This document shows, piece by piece, positions 27,345 to 40,800 of a stretch of 64,000 nucleotides of DNA. A model generated the notes under the pieces. The model did no database searches. It saw nothing but the letters and a program-made list of their open reading frames with translations, and was not told the DNA's origin. Location: the NCBI GenBank assembly GCA_964057225.1, contig OZ059896.1:18786001-18850000 (forward strand). The letters are read 5' to 3'. Every line of letters starts with the position of its first letter. Within the stretch, counting starts at the first letter, position 1. A program made the position numbers and the translations under genes. This stretch comes from Auanema rhodensis (taxonomy: Eukaryota; Animalia; Nematoda).

Positions 27345-27950
27345 AGGTAGTTTTTTTTTTAACAAAATCAAATTGTTGAAATTTTTTTATTTTATTTTGT
27401 GCCATTTCTGATTGTACCACTTCTTTGTTGTTGATTGATTTTCTCTGAGAAGTCTGCTATTGTTTTACAAAAGTTTGTTTTATTACTCCAACTCTCATTG
27501 AGTAGATTTTTTTTTTTTCAACATTCTCTTGTGAATTTTGCTATTTTTTATGCTTAATCATTACTTGTATTCACCTTATGGACATTAGTCATACGGGTTA
27601 AACGAGTTTTCATTTTTTTGTACAGAACGGGCTCGACCTATTCTCAGGGTAACACCGTACCTGTACAACTCGAGAAAATGAACGACTATATCACAGTCGA
27701 ATGGTTTAGAAGCAAAGCTCTCGTTTGCAAGCATTTCACTACTCAAGTGAATGGAATAGAATCTATTCGATACTACATTTTGAATTCAACAAACTTGAAG
27801 AGACAATAGCTAAACTTTCAAATCGTATTGTATACATTATTTTTTATCGACTACACCATGATTTTTTTTTTGTTATCTTTTTCCAACATCCAACTATCTT
27901 AAAAAGTGAATTAATTTATTTTGTTTTTGAACGAGGACGTTCAACTTTTT

Positions 27951-27962
27951 AAGGTGGGGGGA
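27951..27962 (+). promoter_or_regulatory. Polypurine tract of element A
   Basis: AAGGTGGGGGGA immediately before the 3' LTR. Confidence 0.9.
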
Positions 27963-28345
27963 TGTCACATCTGCAAGCACATGGTAAACATGTGCGCGCT
28001 ATTCAAATAGCGGGAGCCTGAACAAGCCCCGCCTACAACATGGGACACACATGTCACTCTTGCTTCTGGCCTAACCCAGATAGGTTGTCTTATAGCCATG
28101 TGAGTCTCATCTCTATATCATCTATATATATATACTCTATTTAATACTTTGTTATATCTCTTTATATTCTTTCTTAATGTAATTCTTATATTGTATTTTC
28201 TTGTTATCTGATAATGAATCCTTTTCGCTTTAAGTATTTGTCTTAATAAGGAAATCGGGTCGTTCGGGTCTGCCTACCTAAGGAACAAGGTAGAAGTACA
28301 TATATCTTCCGACCATGAAAAGACGGGAAGAAACAATATGTAACG
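27963..28345 (+). repeat. Element A 3' LTR
   Basis: Copy of 18198-18580, followed by TSD AAAT and resumption of the array unit. Confidence 0.96.
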
Positions 28346-31300
28346 AAATCAACTACATTTTAGTGAGTTACTGGGTTGGGTTATACAAATTGTCTAATTT
28401 GAATGCGATTTGCATGGCCTTGTGGCCTAATGGATAAGGCGTCGGACTTCGGATCCGAAGATTGTAGGTTCGAGTCCTGCCAGGGTCGTTATTTTTTGTT
28501 TTAAAAAAATCATTACCTGATAGTTTACATGTTTTATTCTATATTATCTTAAACAATTGAAAAAAATACTAGCAGTAAAACAAATGCAGTGATAATATTC
28601 TCGAGAATGTTCCTATTCAGAGTGAGAAAATATCAAAAATTCTCCGAAGCTTTTCTCATAAGGTACTAAAATAAAAGTATTATTTCATATTATTATTTTT
28701 TCAGACCTAGAATCGATAAAAAAAATTAACTACATTTTAGTGAGTTACTGGGTTGGGTTATACAAATTGTCTAATTTGAATGCGATTTACATGGCCTTGT
28801 GGCCTAATGGATAAGGCGTCGGACTTCGGATCCGAAGATTGTAGGTTCGAGTCCTGCCAGGGTCGTTATTTTTTGTTTTAAAAAAATCATTACCTGATAA
28901 ATTACATGTTTTATTCTGTATTACCTCATACAATTGAAAAAAATACTAGCAGTAAAACAAATGCAGTGATAATATTCTCGAGAATGTTCCTATTCAGAGT
29001 GAGAAAATATCAAAAATTCTCCGAAGGTTTTCTCATAAGGTACTAAAATAAAAGTATTATTTCATATTATTATTTTTTCAGACCTAGAATCGATGAAAAA
29101 ATCAACTACATTTTAGTGAGTTACTGGGTTGGGTTATACAAATTGTCTAATTTGAATGCGATTTACATGGCCTTGTGGCCTAATGGATAAGGCGTCGGAC
29201 TTCGGATCCGAAGATTGTAGGTTCGAGTCCTGCCAGGGTCGTTATTTTTTGTTTTAAAAAAATCATTACCTGATAAATTACATGTTTTATTCTGTATTAT
29301 CTCAAACAATTGAAAAAAATACTAGCAGTAAAACAAATGCAGTGATAATATTCTCGAGAATGTTCCTATTCAGAGTGAGAAAATATCAAAAATTATCCGA
29401 AAGTTTTCTCATAAGGTACTAAAATAAAAGTATTATTTCATATTATTATTTTTTCAGACCTAGAATCGATGAAAAAATCAACTACATTTTAGTGAGTTAC
29501 TGGGTTGGGTTATACAAATTGTCTAATTTGAATGCGATTTGCATGGCCTTGTGGCCTAATGGATAAGGCGTCGGACTTCGGATCCGAAGATTGTAGGTTC
29601 GAGTCCTGCCAGGGTCGTTATTTTTTGTTTTAAAAAAATCATTACCTGATAAATTACATGTTTTATTCTGTATTATCTCAAACAATTGAAAAAAATACTA
29701 GCAGTAAAACAAATGCAGTGATAATATTCTCGAGAATGTTCCTATTCAGAGTGAGAAAATATCAAAAATTATCCGAAAGTTTTCTCATAAGGTACTAAAA
29801 TAAAAGTATTATTTCATATTATTATTTTTTCAGACCTAGAATCGATGAAAAAATCAACTACATTTTAGTGAGTTACTGGGTTGGGTTATACAAATTGTCT
29901 AATTAGAATGCGATTTACATGGCCTTGTGGTCTAATGGATAAGGCGTCGGACTTCGGATCCGAATGTTGTAGGTTCGAGTCCTGCCAGGGTTGTTATTTT
30001 TTGTTTCAAAAAAATCATTACCTGATAGTTTACATGTTTTATGCTGTATTATCTCATACAATTGAAAAAAATACTAGCAGTAAAACAAATGCAGTGATGA
30101 TATTCTCGAGAATGTTCCTATTCAGAGTGAGAAAATATCAAAAATTTCCCGACGGTTTTCTCATAAGGTACTAAAATAAAAGTATTATTTCATATTATTA
30201 TTTTTTCAGACCTAGAATCGATAAAAAAAATAAACTACATTTTAGTGAGTTACTGGGTTGGGTTATACAAATTGTCTAATTAGAATGCGATTTACATGGC
30301 CTTGTGGCCTAATGGATAAGGCGTCGAACTTCGGATCCGAAGATTGTAGGTTCGAGTCCTGCCAGGGTCGTTATTTTTTGTTTCAAAACAATCATTACCT
30401 GATAGTTTACATGTTTTATTCTATATTATCTCATACAATTGAAAAGAATACTAGCAGTAAAACAAATGCAGTGTTAATATTCTCGAAAATGTTCCTATTC
30501 AGAGTGAGAAAGTATCAAAAATTTCCCGAAGGTTTTCTCATAAGGTACTAAAAGAAAAGTATTATTTCATATTATTATTCTTTCAGACCTAGAATCGATA
30601 AAAAAAAATCAACTACATTTTAGTGAGTTACTAGGTTGGGTTATACAAATTGTCTAATTTGAATGCGATTTAAATGGCCTTGTGGCCTAATGGATAAGGC
30701 GTCGGACTTCGGATCCGAAGATTGTAGGTTCGAGTCCTGCCAGGGTCGTTATTTTTTGTTTTAAAAAAATCATTACCTGATAGTTTACATGTTTTATTCT
30801 ATATTATCTCATACAATTGAAAAAAATACTAGCAGTAAAACAAATGCAGTGATAATATTCTCGAGAATGTTCCTATTCAGAGTGAGAAAATATCAAAAAT
30901 TCTCCGAAGGTTTTCTCATAAGGTACTAAAATAAAAGTATTATTTCATATTATTATTTTTTCAGACCTAGAATCGATGAAAAAATCAACTACATTTTAGT
31001 GAGTTACTGGGTTGGGTTATACAAATTGTCTAATTTGAATGCGATTTACATGGCCTTGTGGCCTAATGGATAAGGCGTCGGACTTCGGATCCGAAGATTG
31101 TAGGTTCGAGTCCTGCCAGGGTCGTTATTTTTTGTTTTAAAAAAATCATTACCTGATAGTTTACATGTTTTATTCTATATTATCTTAAACAATTGAAAAA
31201 AATACTAGCAGTAAAACAAATGCAGTGATAATATTCTCGAGAATGTTCCTATTCAGAGTGAGAAAATATCAAAAATTCTCCGAAGCTTTTCTCATAAGGT

Positions 31301-34300
31301 ACTAAAATAAAAGTATTATTTCATATTATTATTTTTTCAGACCTAGAATCGATAAAAAAAATTAACTACATTTTAGTGAGTTACTGGGTTGGGTTATACA
31401 AATTGTCTAATTTGAATGCGATTTACATGGCCTTGTGGCCTAATGGATAAGGCGTCGGACTTCGGATCCGAAGATTGTAGGTTCGAGTCCTGCCAGGGTC
31501 GTTATTTTTTGTTTTAAAAAAATCATTACCTGATAAATTACATGTTTTATTCTGTATTACCTCATACAATTGAAAAAAATACTAGCAGTAAAACAAATGC
31601 AGTGATAATATTCTCGAGAATGTTCCTATTCAGAGTGAGAAAATATCAAAAATTCTCCGAAGGTTTTCTCATAAGGTACTAAAATAAAAGTATTATTTCA
31701 TATTATTATTTTTTCAGACCTAGAATCGATGAAAAAATCAACTACATTTTAGTGAGTTACTGGGTTGGGTTATACAAATTGTCTAATTTGAATGCGATTT
31801 ACATGGCCTTGTGGCCTAATGGATAAGGCGTCGGACTTCGGATCCGAAGATTGTAGGTTCGAGTCCTGCCAGGGTCGTTATTTTTTGTTTTAAAAAAATC
31901 ATTACCTGATAAATTACATGTTTTATTCTGTATTATCTCAAACAATTGAAAAAAATACTAGCAGTAAAACAAATGCAGTGATAATATTCTCGAGAATGTT
32001 CCTATTCAGAGTGAGAAAATATCAAAAATTATCCGAAAGTTTTCTCATAAGGTACTAAAATAAAAGTATTATTTCATATTATTATTTTTTCAGACCTAGA
32101 ATCGATGAAAAAATCAACTACATTTTAGTGAGTTACTGGGTTGGGTTATACAAATTGTCTAATTTGAATGCGATTTGCATGGCCTTGTGGCCTAATGGAT
32201 AAGGCGTCGGACTTCGGATCCGAAGATTGTAGGTTCGAGTCCTGCCAGGGTCGTTATTTTTTGTTTTAAAAAAATCATTACCTGATAGTTTACATGTTTT
32301 ATTCTATATTATCTTAAACAATTGAAAAAAATACTAGCAGTAAAACAAATGCAGTGATAATATTCTCGAGAATGTTCCTATTCAGAGTGAGAAAATATCA
32401 AAAATTCTCCGAAGCTTTTCTCATAAGGTACTAAAATAAAAGTATTATTTCATATTATTATTTTTTCAGACCTAGAATCGATAAAAAAAATTAACTACAT
32501 TTTAGTGAGTTACTGGGTTGGGTTATACAAATTGTCTAATTTGAATGCGATTTACATGGCCTTGTGGCCTAATGGATAAGGCGTCGGACTTCGGATCCGA
32601 AGATTGTAGGTTCGAGTCCTGCCAGGGTCGTTATTTTTTGTTTTAAAAAAATCATTACCTGATAAATTACATGTTTTATTCTGTATTACCTCATACAATT
32701 GAAAAAAATACTAGCAGTAAAACAAATGCAGTGATAATATTCTCGAGAATGTTCCTATTCAGAGTGAGAAAATATCAAAAATTCTCCGAAGGTTTTCTCA
32801 TAAGGTACTAAAATAAAAGTATTATTTCATATTATTATTTTTTCAGACCTAGAATCGATGAAAAAATCAACTACATTTTAGTGAGTTACTGGGTTGGGTT
32901 ATACAAATTGTCTAATTTGAATGCGATTTACATGGCCTTGTGGCCTAATGGATAAGGCGTCGGACTTCGGATCCGAAGATTGTAGGTTCGAGTCCTGCCA
33001 GGGTCGTTATTTTTTGTTTTAAAAAAATCATTACCTGATAAATTACATGTTTTATTCTGTATTATCTCAAACAATTGAAAAAAATACTAGCAGTAAAACA
33101 AATGCAGTGATAATATTCTCGAGAATGTTCCTATTCAGAGTGAGAAAATATCAAAAATTATCCGAAAGTTTTCTCATAAGGTACTAAAATAAAAGTATTA
33201 TTTCATATTATTATTTTTTCAGACCTAGAATCGATGAAAAAATCAACTACATTTTAGTGAGTTACTGGGTTGGGTTATACAAATTGTCTAATTTGAATGC
33301 GATTTGCATGGCCTTGTGGCCTAATGGATAAGGCGTCGGACTTCGGATCCGAAGATTGTAGGTTCGAGTCCTGCCAGGGTCGTTATTTTTTGTTTTAAAA
33401 AAATCATTACCTGATAAATTACATGTTTTATTCTGTATTATCTCAAACAATTGAAAAAAATACTAGCAGTAAAACAAATGCAGTGATAATATTCTCGAGA
33501 ATGTTCCTATTCAGAGTGAGAAAATATCAAAAATTATCCGAAAGTTTTCTCATAAGGTACTAAAATAAAAGTATTATTTCATATTATTATTTTTTCAGAC
33601 CTAGAATCGATGAAAAAATCAACTACATTTTAGTGAGTTACTGGGTTGGGTTATACAAATTGTCTAATTTGAATGCGATTTGCATGGCCTTGTGGCCTAA
33701 TGGATAAGGCGTCGGACTTCGGATCCGAAGATTGTAGGTTCGAGTCCTGCCAGGGTCGTTATTCTTTGTTTTAAAAAAATCATTACCTGATAAATTACAT
33801 GTTTTATTCTGTATTATCTCATACAATTGAAAAAAATACTAGCAGTAAAACAAATGCAGTGATAATATTCTCGAGAATGTTCCTATTCAGAGTGAGAAAA
33901 TTTCAAAAATTCTCCGAAGGTTTTCTCATAAGGTACTAAAATAAAAGTATTATTGCATTTTATTATTTTTTCAGACCTAGAATCGATGAAAAAATCAACT
34001 ACATTTTAGTGAGTTACTGGGTTGGGTTATACAAATTGTCTAATTTGAATGCGATTTACATCGCCTTGTGGCCTAATGGATAAGGCGTCGGACTTCGGAT
34101 CCGAAGATTTTAGGTTCGAGTCCTGCCAGGGTCGTTATTTTTTGTTTTAAAAAAATCATTACCTGATAGTTTACATTTTTTATTCTGTATTATTTCATAC
34201 AATTGAAAAAAATACTAGCAGTAAAACAAATGCAGTGATAATATTCTCGAAAATGTTCCTATTCAGAGTGAGAAAATATCAAAAATTCTCCGAAGGTTTT

Positions 34301-37047
34301 CTCATAAGGTACTAAAATAAAAGTATTATTTCATATTATTATTTTTTCAGACCTAGAATCGATAAAAAAAATTAACTACATTTTAGTGAGTTACTGGGTT
34401 GGGTTATACAAATTGTCTAATTTGAATGCGATTTACATGGCCTTGTGGCCTAATGGATAAGGCGTCGGACTTCGGATCCGAAGATTGTAGGTTCGAGTCC
34501 TGCCAGGGTCGTTATTTTTTGTTTTAAAAAAATCATTACCTGATAGTTTACATTTTTTATTCTGTATTACCTCATACAATTGAAAAAAATACTAGCAGTA
34601 AAACAAATGCAGTGATAATATTCTCGAGAATGTTCCTATTCAGAGTGAGAAAATATCAAAAATTCTCCGAAGGTTTTCTCATAAGGTACTAAAATAAAAG
34701 TATTATTTCATATTATTATTTTTTCAGACCTAGAATCGATGAAAAAATCAACTACATTTTAGTGAGTTACTGGGTTGGGTTATACAAATTGTCTAATTTG
34801 AATGCGATTTACATGGCCTTGTGGCCTAATGGATAAGGCGTCGGACTTCGGATCCGAAGATTGTAGGTTCGAGTCCTGCCAGGGTCGTTATTTTTTGTTT
34901 TAAAAAAATCATTACCTGATAAATTACATGTTTTATTCTGTATTATCTCAAACAATTGAAAAAAATACTAGCAGTAAAACAAATGCAGTGATAATATTCT
35001 CGAGAATGTTCCTATTCAGAGTGAGAAAATATCAAAAATTATCCGAAAGTTTTCTCATAAGGTACTAAAATAAAAGTATTATTTCATATTATTATTTTTT
35101 CAGACCTAGAATCGATGAAAAAATCAACTACATTTTAGTGAGTTACTGGGTTGGGTTATACAAATTGTCTAATTTGAATGCGATTTGCATGGCCTTGTGG
35201 CCTAATGGATAAGGCGTCGGACTTCGGATCCGAAGATTGTAGGTTCGAGTCCTGCCAGGGTCGTTATTTTTTGTTTTAAAAAAATCATTACCTGATAAAT
35301 TACATGTTTTATTCTGTATTATCTCAAACAATTGAAAAAAATACTAGCAGTAAAACAAATGCAGTGATAATATTCTCGAGAATGTTCCTATTCAGAGTGA
35401 GAAAATATCAAAAATTATCCGAAAGTTTTCTCATAAGGTACTAAAATAAAAGTATTATTTCATATTATTATTTTTTCAGACCTAGAATCGATGAAAAAAT
35501 CAACTACATTTTAGTGAGTTACTGGGTTGGGTTATACAAATTGTCTAATTTGAATGCGATTTGCATGGCCTTGTGGCCTAATGGATAAGGCGTCGGACTT
35601 CGGATCCGAAGATTGTAGGTTCGAGTCCTGCCAGGGTCGTTATTCTTTGTTTTAAAAAAATCATTACCTGATAAATTACATGTTTTATTCTGTATTATCT
35701 CATACAATTGAAAAAAATACTAGCAGTAAAACAAATGCAGTGATAATATTCTCGAGAATGTTCCTATTCAGAGTGAGAAAATTTCAAAAATTCTCCGAAG
35801 GTTTTCTCATAAGGTACTAAAATAAAAGTATTATTGCATTTTATTATTTTTTCAGACCTAGAATCGATGAAAAAATCAACTACATTTTAGTGAGTTACTG
35901 GGTTGGGTTATACAAATTGTCTAATTTGAATGCGATTTACATCGCCTTGTGGCCTAATGGATAAGGCGTCGGACTTCGGATCCGAAGATTTTAGGTTCGA
36001 GTCCTGCCAGGGTCGTTATTTTTTGTTTTAAAAAAATCATTACCTGATAGTTTACATTTTTTATTCTGTATTATTTCATACAATTGAAAAAAATACTAGC
36101 AGTAAAACAAATGCAGTGATAATATTCTCGAAAATGTTCCTATTCAGAGTGAGAAAATATCAAAAATTCTCCGAAGGTTTTCTCATAAGGTACTAAAATA
36201 AAAGTATTATTTCATATTATTATTTTTTCAGACCTAGAATCGATAAAAAAAATTAACTACATTTTAGTGAGTTACTGGGTTGGGTTATACAAATTGTCTA
36301 ATTTGAATGCGATTTACATGGCCTTGTGGCCTAATGGATAAGGCGTCGGACTTCGGATCCGAAGATTGTAGGTTCGAGTCCTGCCAGGGTCGTTATTTTT
36401 TGTTTTAAAAAAATCATTACCTGATAAATTACATGTTTTATTCTGTATTATCTCAAACAATTGAAAAAAATACTAGCAGTAAAACAAATGCAGTGATAAT
36501 ATTCTCGAGAATGTTCCTATTCAGAGTGAGAAAATATCAAAAATTCTCCGAAGGTTTTCTCATAAGGTACTAAAATAAAAGTATTATTTCATATTATTAT
36601 TTTTTCAGACCTAGAATCGATAAAAAAAATTAACTACATTTTAGTGAGTTACTGGGTTGGGTTATACAAATTGTCTAATTTGAATACGATTTACATGGCC
36701 TTGTGGCCTAATGGATAAGGCGTCGGACTTCGGATCCGAAGATTGTAGGTTCGAGTCCTGCCAGGGTCGTTATTTTTTGTTTTAAAAAAATCATTACCTG
36801 ATAGTTTACATGTGTTATTCTGTATTATCTCAAACAATTGAAAAAAATACTAGCAGTAAAACAAATGTAGTGTTAATATTCTCGAGAATGTTCCTATTCA
36901 GAGTGAGAAAATATCTAAAATTTCAAGAAGGTTTTCTCATAAGGTACTAAAATAAAAGTATTATTTCATATTATTATTTTTTCAGACCTAGAATCGATAA
37001 AAAAAATTAACTACATTTTAGTGAGTTACTGGGTTGGGTTATACAAA
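28346..37047 (+). repeat. tRNA-Arg(TCG) array segment 2 (~23 genes, first at 28416, last at 36697)
   Basis: Same ~376-bp unit. Confidence 0.97.
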
Positions 37048-39737
37048 TGTCACATCTGCAAGCACATGGTAAACATGTGCGCGCTATTCAAATAGCGGGA
37101 GCCTGAACAAGCCCCGCCTACAACATGGGACACACATGGCACTCTTGCTTCTGGCCTAACCCAGATAGGTTGTCTTATAGTCATGTGAGTCTCATCTCTA
37201 TATCATCTATATATATACTCTATTTAATACTTTATTAGATCTCTTTATATTCTTTCTTAATGTAACTCTTATATTGTATTTTCTTGTTATCTGATAATGA
37301 ATCCTTTTCTCTTTAAGTATTTGTCTTAATAAGGAAATCGGGGCGTTCGGATCTGCCTACCTAAGGAACAAGGTAGAAGTACATATATCTTCCGACCATG
37401 AAAAGACGGGAAGAAACAATATGTAACGTGGAGGTTCCACCTTGCTTACTTTACTGTTAATTTATTGACAGCAAGTTTACGAGACTTTTGGACTTAGTTA
37501 CCCAACAGTGAGGAGTAACCGAGCCGTGCACCATGATTTCCCCAAAAATTATTTCGGCTACCACTTCTCCTCCGCTCAACAAAAACTGGGAGGTGTCTGA
37601 GACGTTTGGGGAAACTATCAGACAATAGTTTTGACGAGCGTTACCTTTTTGTTATGCACGCGCGTGCTATTTTGATTCATTACTTTATGATGTGAATGTC
37701 CAGTGTGGCAACAGAGCTCACTTTTTAGCTGAGTTGTTTGGAAGCTGGAGGCTGTTGGGATAATTTTATTTACGATTTTTGATTTTGATTCACATCCAAG
37801 GGTTCATCAGGGTTCTACTCCTGTTAACTCTTTTCTTATTAGTTCAGAGATAATAAGAATATTTAAATTCCTACCCACCCAAGTCCACTCTACGTCTGCC
37901 AACGTTTCCTTTTTCCTATATTATTGACAGATTACTGAATTTGAATTCCTATATCAATCTTAAATTACCTTCTAAATCTTTTGAAATTAAATTAAAAATT
38001 ATCTTAATTAAGATTTATTTTGAAATTCTTTCTACAAATCTTAATAAACTTTATAAAATTGAACTTAATATACGAGATGAGACATTTTTGTTTACTTTAA
38101 GCTTACTCACATTCAAATAGTTGGCCCACGCGTACCAGCTGTTCGGCATGTGTAGTCAATAACAGCTGTTAAAATTCAAAAGTTTTCAAACAGGCTTAAG
38201 GCACCATCTGTGATTCCTAATTTGTCTCTAAGCTGACATTAGTGATTATAATATTCAAATATCACGACAGACGGTCAATGGTTGTTTACCATAAGCGCTA
38301 ACATCTGGTGTCGTGACACATGGCTGGAGGCGGAGCTTGAAGCTTCAACGATCCTCCTTCATCAGACCCCATTGTCACAAACGTTTTTACTGGAGTCTAG
38401 TTGCTTCCAGTACGCGCTCTTATATTCATCTAACTGTATTCACCAGCCACCATGTCGGACTCGGACATCAGCGAGGACAACAAAGATTAGGAACAAGGAT
38501 CACCAGAGCCATACCTTTTGTATGTCACACAACAACAAAGAAGAATGAACAACGGTTAATGACTTAGTTATGATAAAAGTGAATTCTACTCGAAACAAAC
38601 TAACACCTTCATTCGAAGGGCCTTATTTAGTTACAGCAGTTCAAAGATCTTTCGTCGTGGTTCAAACAGATAAAGGAAAAAGCAGAAGAGTACACAAGGA
38701 CTTTGTCAAACCTTACCAACGGACAACATCTATTCCGGTTATCACAATTTCTTGAAGGTAGTTTTTTTTTAACAAAATCAAATTGTTGAAATTTTTTTAT
38801 TTTATTTTGTGCCATTTCTGATTGTACCACTTCTTTGTTGTTGATTGATTTTCTCTGAGAAGTCTGCTATTGTTTTACAAAAGTTTGTTTTATTACTCCA
38901 ACTCTCATTCAGTAGATTTTTTTTTCAACATTCTCTTGTGAATTTTGCTATTTTTTATGCTTAATCATTACTTGTATTCACCTTATGGACATTAGTCATA
39001 CGGGTTAAACGAGTTTTCATTTTTTTGTACAGAACGGGCTCGACCTATTCTCAGGGTAACACCGTACCTGTACAACTCGAGAAAATGAACGACTATATCA
39101 CAGTCGAATGGTTTAGAAGCAAAGCTCTCGTTTGCAAGCATTTCACTACTCAAGTGAATGGAATAGAATCTACTCGATACTACATTTCGAATTCAACAAA
39201 CTTGAAGAGACGATAGCTAAACTTTCAAATCGTATTGTATACACTTTTTTTTTATCCACTACACCATGATTTTTTTTCCAACACCCAACTATCTTAAAAA
39301 ATGAATTAATTTATTTGTTTTTGAACGAGGACGTTCAACTTTTTAAGGTGGGGGGATGTCACATCTGCAAGCACATGGTAAACATGTGCGCGCTATTCAA
39401 ATAGCGGGAGCCTGAACAAGCCCCGCCTACAACATGGGACACACATGGCACTCTTGCTTCTGGCCTAACCCAGATAGGTTGTCTTATAGTCATGTGAGTC
39501 TCATCTCTATATCATCTATATATATACTCTATTTAATACTTTATTAGATCTCTTTATATTCTTTCTTAATGTAACTCTTATATTGTATTTTCTTGTTATC
39601 TGATAATGAATCCTTTTCTCTTTAAGTATTTGTCTTAATAAGGAAATCGGGGCGTTCGGATCTGCCTACCTAAGGAACAAGGTAGAAGTACATATATCTT
39701 CCGACCATGAAAAGACGGGAAGAAACAATATGTAACG
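37048..39737 (+). mobile_element. Element B: non-autonomous, internally deleted member of family A (2690 bp)
   Basis: 381-bp LTRs (37048-37428, 39357-39737), TSD CAAA, PBS TGGAGGTTCCACC at 37429, PPT; leader and 3' region retained, ~7.4 kb of coding sequence missing. Confidence 0.97.
38509..38755 (+). pseudogene. Remnants of family A polyprotein (pre-protease linker and integrase C-terminus)
   Basis: AIPFVCHTTTKK and MIKVNSTRNKLTPSFEGPY...ITIS are identical to parts of the element A ORF. Confidence 0.92.
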
Positions 39738-40786
39738 CAAATTGTCTAATTTGAATGCGATTTACATGGCCTTGTGGCCTAATGGATAAGGCGTCCGACT
39801 TCGGATCCGAAGATTGTAGGTTCGAGTCCTGCCAGGGTCGTTATTTTTTGTTTTAAAAAAATCATTACCTGATAAATTACATGTTTTATTCTGTATTATC
39901 TCATACAATTGAAAAAAATACTAGCAGTAAAACAAATGCAGTGATAATATTCTCGAGAATGTTCCTATTCAGAGTGAGAAAATATCAAAAATTCTCCGAA
40001 AGTTTTCTCATAAGGTACTAAAATAAAAGTATTATTTCATATTATTATTTTTTCAGACCTAGAATCGATGAAAAAATCAACTACATTTTAGTGAGTTACT
40101 GGGTTGGGTTATACAAATTGTCTAATTTGAATGCGATTTACATGGCCTTGTGGCCTAATATATAAGGCGTCGGACTTCGGATCCGAAGATTGTAGGTTCG
40201 AGTCCTGCCAGGGTCGTTATTTTTTGTTTTAAAAAAATCATTACCTGATAAATTACATGTTTTATTCTGTATTATCTCATACAATTGAAAAAAATACTAG
40301 CAGTAAAACAAATGCAGTGATAATATTCTCGAGAATGTTCCTATTCAGAGTGAGAAAATATCAAAAATTCTGCGAAGGTTTTCTCATAAGGTACTAAAAT
40401 AAAAGTATTATTTCATATTATTATTTTTTCAGACCTAGAATCGATAAAAAAAATCAACTACATTTTAGTGAGTTACTGGGTTGGGTTATACAAATTGTCT
40501 AATTTGAATGCGATTTACATGGCCTTGTGGCCTAATGGATAAGGCGTCGGACTTCGGATCCGAAGATTGTAGGTTCGAGTCCTGCCAGGGTCGTTATTTT
40601 TTGTTTCAAAAAAATCATTACCTGATAGTTTACATGTTTTATTCTGTATTATCTCATACAATTGAAAAAAATACTAGCAGTAAAACAAATGCAGTGATAA
40701 TATTCTCGAGAATGTTCCTATACAGAGTGAGAAAATATCAAAAATTTCCCGAAGGTTTTCTCATAAGGTACTAAAATAAAAGTATT
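39738..40786 (+). repeat. tRNA-Arg array segment 3 (genes at 39768, 40144, 40521)
   Basis: Same unit; 39768 has an anticodon-stem change (TCCGA) and 40144 has lost the D-loop GG. Confidence 0.95.
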
Positions 40787-40800
40787 GTCTAACTGTCTAA

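Larger units (their letters stand above)
18198..28345 (+). mobile_element. Element A: full-length Ty3/gypsy LTR retrotransposon with envelope between gag and pol
   Basis: 383-bp LTR pair, 4-bp TSD AAAT, PBS, PPT and an uninterrupted 2536-aa ORF with PR-RT-RH-IN order. Confidence 0.97.

Noticed and set aside
27618-27809. 63-aa 3' ORF as a stand-alone gene
   Set aside because: It has a TTG start, and all three A-versus-B differences are non-synonymous in this frame but synonymous in the 27725 frame.
1-40786. CRISPR-like regular repeat-spacer pattern
   Set aside because: The spacers are near-identical, the conserved part is a tRNA, no cas genes are present, and the context is eukaryotic.
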